From Eledone cirrhosa (lineage: Eukaryota): a stretch of DNA of 64,000 bases. The translations under genes and the position numbers were made by a program. Location of the stretch: positions 44,516,001-44,580,000 of the forward strand of contig OZ024743.1 of assembly GCA_964016885.1 (NCBI GenBank), read 5' to 3'. This document shows, in pieces, positions 54,496 to 64,000 of the stretch (the first letter of the stretch is position 1; each line of letters starts with the position of its first letter). The notes under the pieces are model-generated. The model saw nothing but the letters and a program-made list of their open reading frames with translations. It was not told where the DNA came from and ran no database searches.

Positions 54496-57400
54496 ACACC
54501 TTGGCCAAAATCTTAAACTCTGTTATTAGCAGAGTTATGGGCCTAAAGTTGTCTAATGTATCCCTCCTGTGCTCGTCTTTCTTTATCAGCCTCACCTCTC
54601 CCCTGCTCACAGAACTGGGAATACTCTCATTCTGCTTCCAGTTGCAGTATAGTGATTTGAGGAGATCGGAGAACAAGTGTGGCATATTTACGTAAAGCAT
54701 GTAGGGCAGGACATCCAAACCGGCTGATTTGCGCCTCATGCAGCCGACCAGGGCGTCCTGAATTTCGGCTGAGGTAATCGGCCTTTCGCAGCGTTGACCG
54801 TTGACCCTCGAGCTGCGCGGCAAGCCGTCAAGGTAGGGACTGAAATCCGCTACTCTCTCTGACTCACCACTCTCCCCGAACAACCGAGCAAAGTGCTGGC
54901 GAAAGGCCTCACACACCGCTTGGAATCGCTTATCTCGTGTCCGTCTCGGTCCGCCAAATACTGAATTGTGGTTTTATACCACGTTGCGCCTCCGCCACGC
55001 AGCCCCATCGAACAGCTTTGGTTCCCTCGTTTCTCAGCGCACGCGCCTTAGCTCTGACAATGCAACCTTCGTGTTTCGCATTGAAGAAATGGTCTAATGC
55101 CATTCTCGCCGCTCACACGTCAGTTGCAATGCCACTACAAATAGCCTCGTCTAACTTATCTACCAGATCCCCCTCCTTTCGATTTTTCTCTAACGCTAGT
55201 TCTTTTTTGAACTCTATCGAAGTTACTCTAATCTCTCTTTTCAGAGACCCCCCCCCCCCCCCCCCAACCATCTGTTGTTGATGATCCCCCTGTCAACTTT
55301 TGCTTAACTAAATTGTTGATTCCGTCCCTGTAAGCCTTGCGTGTCGGAAATGATATGTTCAGCTTCCAGTCACCCGGTCCCAAACTACGCGTCTTTTTCT
55401 AGATCGACCATACAGATCACAAATTTGTGATCTGAATAGGCGGCCGTTTTAAAAAGTGGGCAGCCTACACTATTTATATCTATTTTATTAATGAAGATCC
55501 TGTCTATATACGATCTAGATGACCCCATGCGTTTGATCCATTTCCATACTGGCGCATTGGGGAAATCTAGTCGATACCTGTCAGACAGTTAAATCTGGCT
55601 GATTAGGTGCTTGAGGCTTTTGCACCCCCCGCGCTCCTATCAGCTACTCCCACACAATCCCAGCGTGCGTCTAAGATGCCGTTCCAGTCCCCCGCTAGCA
55701 GTAAAGGGCGTGACGTACCGAGAAAGGTCTCCAGGCGCCTAAAGAAGTCAGGTCGTCCGACCGCTGTAGGGGAGTACGGCCAGCAGTCTAAAGGCACCAC
55801 CTTCGCTTCTGCTCACATCCAAGACCATTAACTTACCGTCCGGGTCCCGGAAGATCGACCTTATCTCGAGATCCAGTCATTTCCTAAACAGCACTGCCAC
55901 CCCACCTCCCATATCAGGCCTGCTAACAGATGCGCTAGATCTGATAGTCGTCGAAAATGGTGACTAGGGCGCGCCTGTCGGAAATTCCGAACTCACTGTC
56001 GGCAATGTCATCCATTTCCAGCGACCTGAGGTCTTAGCAGGTGAGCCTGCTTCCAGGGTGACACCAGGCCGCGAACATTTAAAATTCCTACTCTTAATAT
56101 GGCCATGTTGGCAAGCTAAAAGAGAGAGGGAAGGTTTACCTACCTCCCGGGCTCTTGTGAAGGTTGGGTTGTTCGACCTCCATGGTTGGTGTGGTTTCAT
56201 TGGGAACCCCTTTAAAAGTCTCGATGTGGGTTTCAGATTCGGGGTTCCCATGTCTTGAAAGCTTTCCCGAATTTCTTTGAAGGAATCGATTGACATTCGG
56301 ACCAGAAGCAAATATTTTGGCACGCAAAATGTGCTCATTTCAAAGATCTCCCCCTCAGTTTGAATGTCCTCGCTTCGTGCAAAGAGGGCCATCAGTTTAT
56401 CGTTGGCCCTTCTGACAAGCACGAAGTTTTTAACATTTTGTTGGTGTGGTTTTATTTGTTTTCGTTTTGGTGACTGTGGTGGTGATGGTTTTGGTGGTGT
56501 TGTTTCGGGTATGTCTCTGTTGTTCTAGGTGTGGTGTCTGCAATTTCAGGTATTTGTGTGTTTATTTGTACTTGTGTTTGTTTAGGTTGTTTGCGTTTCT
56601 AGGATTGTGGGGGGGGGGGTGTCGATTTTGCTTTTAGGGCTGATGTTATTGGGGAAGTGTTTGCGTTAGTGGTGTCTGTATTTATTGTTGTGTATGTTTT
56701 TGTGTTTTGTTGGAGATTTTTTTTTTGTGTGTGCGTTTTCTCTGTTTTTTGGCACTTTGGGCTTTTCCTTCATCTTCGCTGCTGGAAGACAAAGAGTCTG
56801 TGGCTGTGAGTGTCTCTGTGTCTGTGTGTACGATTATTGTTTTGTCTATGTGTATAATTGGAGGGGTAGGCGGAGTGGGAGAGCTTTCCTCGTTTTCCCC
56901 TTGGATTGGTTTCGGTGTTGGTGGTGGTCCGGCTGTTTTTGATGTTTGTGTCCGTGTCTTTGTTGGTTTTGTTTTTGGTGGTGGTGGTGCAGATTTCCGT
57001 GCTGACACTGGCGTTGGCAACAAAGGAGGTTTGTGATCCCCTGCATGTTTGCGCTGTGGGCAAAAGGCTCGCAGACGCGTTGCTTCTCCGCAGACGAAGC
57101 AGTGCGGCCGTCATCCCTCAGTGACCAGTTGGATTGTTGTCCCGTCCTGGAGGCGGGCAATATCCGGGATGTTGATCATGTCCTCTCGTTTCATTTGGAG
57201 AAGAATCTCCAAATCCATTCCGGACCGGTCTTCTCTCTGTGTCCTTTTGATATCCAGGAGGGTAATGTCTGGCCCCTCCTCGATTACGCATCTCAGGAGC
57301 CACGATATGTACATTCCTGGTGGGATCCTGGGAATGCAGACCTTTACTGTCCTTGTGCCCATTTAGACGGGTGCCTGATAATGCGTTCCGTTCTGCAGGG

Positions 57401-58068
57401 GGTCACAGAGTGCTTACTAGCAAGGGCCTCGATTTTGAACAGTACCGAGATTGTACCGAACTGTTTGGCCCTTGCTTTTTACTCTATGTGACTTCCGATG
57501 TTCTCCAAAGCATCCTCGACCTCTGCTAGGCTGGCAAGTTCCACTTTGCGTGTCTGCACTGAAATGCATCGAAAGTACACCGTCCTCCTTTGCATGGCTG
57601 CTATTGCCCCGTTCCGGATGGTCTGGTTTGTCCAACACTTCTCCCGTTTAATTAACATCCACGCCTGGGCCAACTGTTCGTCTTTATCGCTAATATCAAT
57701 ATTCAATAAGCGCTTTGTTTTTGCTGCTGTAGCAAAGGTGGTGCCTCTGTTGCTCTTGTTGTTGGTGTTATCGTTCTTGCTGTTGTTGTTGGTGTTATTG
57801 TTGTTCTGTTTGTTGTTGATGTTGCCACCGCCATCCGTGTTTACATTGAAGCTGTCGGTCATATTGTCGTAGTTGTTCTGCGTTGTTGTTGTGTTGGTGG
57901 TGGTGGTGGTGGTGATGTCGTTTTGAGATGATATTGCTCCTAACACAGAATGGAGCGGTTGTGATGGTAGCTTTTGTGTTTTGCATTCATAGTCAGTGGA
58001 ATGGTTGATTGACATGTCTGTAGTAGTCGTAGTTGTGGTGAGATCTACAGTGGCTACTTTTGAACATT
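54496..58068 (-). mobile_element. Tx1/L1-like LINE, copy 2 (degenerate; breaks off early in RT)
   Basis: ORF1 pieces 57479-58068 and 57111-57362. ORF2 starts near 56106 (MAILRVGILNVRGL) and runs through GDWNGILD to NFRPITLL.TEFKILAKVL, where the satellite begins. Confidence 0.88.
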
Positions 58069-58348
58069 TTATAATAATAAAAATAAAAATAATAATAGTA
58101 ATAATGTTTTCTTTATTAACCACAAGGGTTCACGTTAAGTAGACATTAAGGACAGTACAGGACAATACAGGACGGTACAAATGGGCATTTCTGCGTGTAA
58201 AAAAACAGAGGTTGAAATAAAATAACAAAGAAAAATTCCCCAATAGGGGGGAGACTTCCAAGGGACATTTGTGGAGAAAGCCCATTAAAAGACCACAGTG
58301 GCCCTGACCACCAGGGCAAGTGCCCTCTCCCAGTTTTCCACCTTTAAT

Positions 58349-61300
58349 TTACAGACACATACTCAGAGAAGGTCCATTCATTCGGGCCATACTTGCTTCT
58401 CTCACCCATCTTTCAACAAAATGCTGGGAAGAGAGCACTTCCCTCTCTACCCTGATTTTCCTTTTCAAATGAAATTTGAAAAAGTTAATCAGGGCATCAC
58501 CGAAGAGGTAAGTGCTCGTCTTCAGCCCTTTCAAACGTGTCCACCATACTATCTCTTTCGCCATGGCCACCAGACAGATAAAAACTGCCTGCCCTTCCAG
58601 GCTAAAGGAAGGGGGCGGGGCAATCCTCACGATGGACTCAGCTGATAGCTGGATAGGTCCTACACGTGACAGCAGGTGTTCGACATAAACCCACAAGTCA
58701 GCAATGCTCGGACACTGGACGAGTGCGTGCAGGACGGTTTCGTCGCCCTGCGCGCATCTCGGACATGCCCGGCTGACGGCACCTCCATGCCTGTAGAGTT
58801 TATCCCGAACTGGCAAAGCTCCTCGGTAGCACTGCCAGGCCAGGATTTCTGGAAGTTGTCCATAGGCCCCGGCCCGAAAGTCCTTCCGAAGAGATTGGCT
58901 AGTTGATTTTCGTCGACGCCTAGAGTTTCTCCAAGTACGTCGTCGCTCTTCCCCTCCACTAATCCCCTATAGAACGCCAAGGTGGAGTTTCCACCGATCA
59001 CATTGCCCGATTGGCCGAGGGCTGTGAGCGCCTGAAGACATTCCAGTCTCCAAGCGCTCCCTCTCGGTCTTCGCTTGACCCAGGACTGCAGCTCCGTCAA
59101 GGAGACGAGCTGGGGAAAAACGTGTCTTGCAAACGGCGACCACACCTGATCACCGTCGAGGAAGAGGTGGAGATGTCGTAGCCTGAGCGCGTGTCTGCGC
59201 ATCATCAGCCACGGCATGCCCAGCCCTCCACGTAGCGGGTGTTGACAGCAGATGGACCGCCTGACCATCGGAGCGCGTCCCTTCCACAAGAAGCGAAAGA
59301 GCAAACGCTCCAGCGCAGTCAGGCGGGGCTTAGGACAAGGTACGACGGTCAGGCGGTAGTAGATGACGGATGCGATGTACGCATTCGCCACCTCCGCTCG
59401 ACCTTTCAGGGATAGCTTCCTCTCGGCCCATTTCTGGGTGAGAGAAGCCACCCTGCTCGTCACCTCGTCCCAGTTTTTGTCCGTCTGGAGGTCTGGACCG
59501 AACCAGACCCCTAGCAATTTAACCGGTCCTTCCGTCCAGCGCCCGACGACGCTGTTGGACGGCATGGACCTGCCTCTCCAGGTGCCGAGCTGCAGGCCCA
59601 CTGACTTTTCCTGGTTGATCATTGCTCCTGTCACCGCTTCGTATTCTCTTAGTGTAGTGCCGATCGCTTCGATGTGTTTGGCGTTCGACACCACTACGGT
59701 GACATCGTCGGCATATGCTGACACGGATCTTCCGCATCCTAGTTCGCGCGGGACCCCCCTCAACGTCTCCAGTTTGTGCAGTAATGGCTCGAGAGTCAAT
59801 ACGTACAATAGGGACGAGAGGGGACATCCTTGGCGGACCGAGCGCATGATGTTGAACGGTTCCGAAAGGTGACCGTTCACTCTCACTACAGAGCAGATGT
59901 CGCTGTGCATGGCAGCGATCCAGCCTCTGAAGACGGGCCCAAAGCCAGCCGCCCTCAGGACTGCCGCTAGGTAACGATGGTCGACCCTATCGAAGGCTTT
60001 CGACTGATCTAAATTGATCAAAGACCCACCCGTGCCAGGTTCCCTAGCTACCCTCTCTACGATGTATCGCATGAGGTGGAGGTTGTCGTGGATGGATCTG
60101 TCCGGAATGGTGCATGTCTATGCCCCTCCCACCAGACCACCAACGACAAGCGCCAACCTCTTTGCTAGCACCTTGGCCAAAATCTTGAACTCTGTGTTTA
60201 GCAGAGTTATGGGCCTAAAATTATCTATGTTATCCCCCTTGTTCGGATCCTTTCTCAGCAGCGCCACCGCTCCTCGGCTCACAGAGCTGGGAATTCTCCC
60301 GTTCTGTTGCCAGTTGCAGTAGACGTCCGCCAAGAGGCCTCCGAACAAGTTTGGCATTTGTACGTAAAGTTCATAGGGCAGACCATCCAAACCAGGCGAT
60401 TTACCCCTTGTGCAACTAGTCATTGCATCCCGTACTTCAGCGGTTGTTATCGGCTTTTCGCAACACTCCGCCTCAGTGGCCGAAAGCCGCGGCAGTCCGT
60501 CGAGGTAGACACTAAAGTCCATCCCTCGATCCGGCCCGCCACTGCCCCCGAACAGTTGAGCGAAGTGTCGCTGAAAAGCTTCACACATTTGCCCGGGATC
60601 GAGTAGCATGCGCCCGTCGTGGTCCACCAAAGACCGGATCGTGGCTTTGTTGCCAGGACGCGCCTCCGCCACTCGGGCCCATTGAACGGCTTTCGTCCCC
60701 TCGTGTCTGAGAACACGCACCCTAGCTCTGACAACGCAGCCTTCGTGCTTTGCATTGAAGAATTGGTCAAGGGCCAATTTCGCCGCAAGTACGTCGGTCG
60801 CGATGCCTTTGCTAAGCGCCTCATCTAATTTTCTAACTAATTCTCCCTCTGCTCTATTTTTCTCTATTGCTAAAGTCTTACTAAACCTAATGGACTCTAT
60901 TCTAATTGCTCTTTTCAGAGCAAACCACCACTTGTTGTTGACGATGGCCCCCGTCAACGCCCGCTTAACTAGTTCGCTAATCAGGTCTCTGTAGGCCTTG
61001 CGCGCTGGTAAGGACGCGTTTAGCTTCCAGTAGCCGGGTCCTCGTCTATGAAGCCTATCTAAGTCAAGCACACAGATCACGAATTTGTGGTCCGTGTAGC
61101 TGACTATCTTGAATTGTGGACAGCCTATGCTAGACCTATCTATTTCCCTACAAAATACTCTATCTAGATATGATCTGGATGACCCTATGCGATTTGTCCA
61201 AGTCCACATTGGTACATTCGGGAAATCCATTCGGTACCTGTCAGACAGTTCAAAACGTCTGAGCAGGTTGGTGAGACTCTTGCACCCTCCTTCCCTATCC

Positions 61301-61767
61301 ACTAATCCCACACAATCCCAGCGTGCATCTAAGATCCCGTTCCAGTCGCCCACTAACACTAAAGAGCGGGACGTTCCAAGAAAGGTCTCCAGACGCCGGA
61401 AGAAATCAGGCCGCCCTGCTCCTGTCGGGGCATAGACGGCCACTAACCTGAAAGCTTGCCCGTCTCCGCTGGTCACGTCCAGCACCACCAACTTACCTTC
61501 TGGGTCCAGGAAGATGGCCCGTATGGCAAGATCCAAACCTCTCCGAAAAAGCACAGCAACTCCTCCCCCCGATCCCGGACGGCTGGGAGATGCGTACACA
61601 TCGTAGCCGCCGAAGATCGGTGCGAAAGCCTGTGCTTCGGAGATTCTGGTCTCGCTGATGGCCACTACATCTATGTTTAGTGACCTGAGGTCGTTGAGCA
61701 GGTGGCCCTGCTTCCATGACGACCCCAAGACACGCGCATTTATGCTGCCTATTCTGAGTGAGGTCAT
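58349..61767 (-). pseudogene. Tx1/L1-like ORF2 (APE, RT, CCHC) with one nonsense codon (60118-60120) and one frameshift (about 58840)
   Basis: SINAR, VAISETR, GDWN, TDH, GYWKLN, SPGLDGLPYE, LDQSKAFDRVDH, VRQGCPLS, AYADD, CPRC...ETVLHALVQC. Confidence 0.92.
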
Positions 61768-61801
61768 GTTGAAAAGGAGTGGAAAAGATGGGAAAGACCA
61801 C

Positions 61802-63784
61802 TTACCTTACTTCTCGTAGGGGAAGGACGGCTTTTCCATCCTTTTCACTGTTTGTGGCCTCCTCAGGAAGGATGTCCTTATAAATCCTCCTGGAGAGTGC
61901 TTGTCGGAAGTCTCCGATGTCTTTGGGGAATTTTTGTTTTAGTGTCATGTACGTTTTCTGTGTGATGCGAGTGATTTGTATGTGTGGAGGTGGTGTGAAT
62001 TTTGGGGTTGTTGTGTAGTCTTTTTCTGTGATGCTGGTGTTGTGTTGGATGTAGTGTAATAATTGCTTGTTGTTCAAATTTAATGCTGTGTAGTGTGTAT
62101 GGTTTTGGTTGTTTTGTTTTGTTTGCGTTTGTTGTGGGTTTGTTTCTGTTTCGCATTTTGGTGACTTTTGTGGTGTAGGTGATGGTGGTGTTGGGGTTAA
62201 TGATGTTGATGGTGTTGGTGTTTGGGTTGATGGGGTTGGTGATGCTGGTGTGGATGGTGGCATATCTGTCCTAACTTTTTTGTTTCTTAGTTTATTTGTT
62301 TCCCTCTGTATTTTGTTTTTGGAGGGGGAAGGAAGAGAATTTTTTCTTTTTTGGTTTCTTTTTTTTTTTCCGGATATCGTTTCCCACTCCTCGTCGTCAC
62401 AATCTGTCTCCAGTTGTGATAGGCCGGGGAGTGGAAAATCCTCCACAGCCGTTAGTTTTGGTTGTGGTGTGGTGGATGGTGTAGGCGCTGGTGCTAGTTC
62501 TGAAGCGTTGGGTGGTGGTGGTGTTGGTTTTGCTGGTGGTGGTAGTGGTGTTGGTTTTGCTACTGTTGCTGGGGTTGTTGCTGTTATAGTTGCTTCTGTT
62601 GTTGCTGCTACAGTTGTTGCTGCCATCTCTGCTACTGGTGGTGTTGATGGTTGTGTCACTGGGGTGGGTAGGAGAGGTGGCCTCAACCTTTTAGCCTGAG
62701 GGCAGAAAGCCCTTAGGTGGGTTCCTTCACCACAAACGACACACCTAGGTCTTCTGCCCTCGACAATTACCGTGAGGTGGCTGCCGTCAGTGAGGTCTAT
62801 TACCTCTGGGATCTCCTCAATGCTTTTTTGGTCCGCTTGGATCAGGAGCTCCATCCCAGATCCGGACCAGTTTTCCTGCTTTTCTTTTGCTACTGCTATT
62901 ATTTTCGTGTTGGCTTCGATGCCGGCGAGGACAGCCGCTATTAGCCAGGGAATTTCGATGGCCGGTGGAACGTGGGTCACCCTGATCTTTACGAGTCTCT
63001 GGCCACAATAGCTTGGGACGAGTGTGAGGTCGTCACTTTTTAATGGGGCCATGGAGTGTTCTCTAGCCTCCTCTGGTGTTTCAAAGAACACATCCACGGT
63101 TCCATACTTTTGCCCACGTCTGATGTGGGTTTTTCTTGCCCACACATGTCCCAAAGCTTTTTGGATTTGGGACTCGGATGCCCGTTCCACTCGGCGCGAT
63201 TTTACATTTATTGTTCTATACGACACGGTGCACAGGCGCCGATGCTCCATTTTATTAGGTGGGAGGGTGAAGCTGACCCTGTACCCATCTTTCTTTACCA
63301 TTTGTTTGGCATTTTCTAAATCTTCTTGAGTTACCGTGAACGCTTCGAATTGTTTTGCTACGATGGTGAAACTGAGGGTCGGTTTTATAATGTCATTGTT
63401 GTTGTTGCTATCGTTAATATTAATTTTATTTTCAGTTGTGGTGGTGGTGACGTCAGTCGTCTTTGGTGGGGAAGAGTCCATTTTGCTTGATTTCATTTCG
63501 ACGTCACGAGTTAATTTATTTTTTTCTTCTTTTGTTTCTGTTGTCGCGGTGGTGGTGGTGGTGGTGGTTGTCGCGGTGGTGGTGGTGGTGGAGGGTTTAA
63601 CACCTGCAGTCATTGGTAATGGCGGGAAATGAATGTCTGCCTGAGACAAATTTAAAATATTGCTACTGCTTATATTTTTTTTTGTGTTGGCAAACGTAGT
63701 AACATTTACAATGGTGGTGTCGGTGTGAGGTGTTATTTTGTGAGGAAGGCTTTCAGCTGCTTCGTGCACAGGGGAATTAGCCAT
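61802..63784 (-). CDS. Tx1/L1-like ORF1 (660 aa, zinc knuckle, Thr/Pro-rich)
   Basis: Open 660-aa frame with CVVCGEGTHLRAFC knuckle and WETISGKKKR; lies immediately upstream of ORF2. Confidence 0.85.
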   Translation of the reverse strand: MANSPVHEAAESLPHKITPHTDTTIVNVTTFANTKKNISSSNILNLSQADIHFPPLPMTAGVKPSTTTTTATTTTTTTTATTETKEEKNKLTRDVEMKSSKMDSSPPKTTDVTTTTTENKININDSNNNNDIIKPTLSFTIVAKQFEAFTVTQEDLENAKQMVKKDGYRVSFTLPPNKMEHRRLCTVSYRTINVKSRRVERASESQIQKALGHVWARKTHIRRGQKYGTVDVFFETPEEAREHSMAPLKSDDLTLVPSYCGQRLVKIRVTHVPPAIEIPWLIAAVLAGIEANTKIIAVAKEKQENWSGSGMELLIQADQKSIEEIPEVIDLTDGSHLTVIVEGRRPRCVVCGEGTHLRAFCPQAKRLRPPLLPTPVTQPSTPPVAEMAATTVAATTEATITATTPATVAKPTPLPPPAKPTPPPPNASELAPAPTPSTTPQPKLTAVEDFPLPGLSQLETDCDDEEWETISGKKKRNQKRKNSLPSPSKNKIQRETNKLRNKKVRTDMPPSTPASPTPSTQTPTPSTSLTPTPPSPTPQKSPKCETETNPQQTQTKQNNQNHTHYTALNLNNKQLLHYIQHNTSITEKDYTTTPKFTPPPHIQITRITQKTYMTLKQKFPKDIGDFRQALSRRIYKDILPEEATNSEKDGKAVLPLREVR

Positions 63785-64000
63785 TTTTTTTCAAAGAAAT
63801 TTTTGGATAATAATAAAAGTTAAAATTTTGGGCACAAGGCCCCAATCTTTTTGGGTGTCCTTTTCGGAAAACAATGTATGTGTGCTTATAAACAGTTTAC
63901 AATAAAATTTTCCATAAATGGCAATTTTTAAACAAACGGAAATAACAAACCTTTGCGGAGCTCACGATAATACGATTTCCTACGTAGGTCGCCAATAATA

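Larger units (their letters stand above)
58072..63960 (-). mobile_element. Tx1/L1-clade LINE, copy 1, near full length
   Basis: Intact ORF1, APE-RT-zinc finger ORF2 and an AT-rich 3' tail at about 58072-58105. The 5' boundary is approximate. Confidence 0.93.

Noticed and set aside
46816-54916. Mucin/extensin-like or Val/Gly-rich ORFs, including the 413-aa RT-linker/Thr-Pro fusion
   Set aside because: The approximately 37-bp unit does not keep frame; these are read-through into the satellite.

Overview
This is AT-rich animal (eukaryotic) non-genic DNA. The (TA)n/(CA)n density and the two tRNA-derived SINE families suggest an octopus-like cephalopod (inference). I could not identify any host protein-coding gene; most ORF-track entries are microsatellite translations. 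The window is a transposon graveyard. It holds five RT/GIY-YIG Penelope-like elements (PLEs) with a CxCx5C linker (Hydra-clade-like) and two Neptune-like PLEs, four of the seven with inverted 5' copies and most next to (TA)n. It also holds a CR1-like LINE, three head-to-tail Tx1/L1-like LINEs interrupted by a 7.7-kb GGT-rich minisatellite, a Helitron remnant, a hAT MITE with an 8-bp TSD, and SINEs. The main unexplained signal is an RNA layer found by manual folding: eleven type I hammerhead ribozyme (HHR) motifs, intact or degenerate, at eight loci, plus half-motifs in two fold-backs. The best is a non-coding 466-bp tandem unit (38441-39266) with two identical, perfect minimal HHRs, a retrozyme-like element predicted to release a 466-nt RNA that could circularise. 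Four other HHRs share an unusual U-U at core positions 10.1/11.1.
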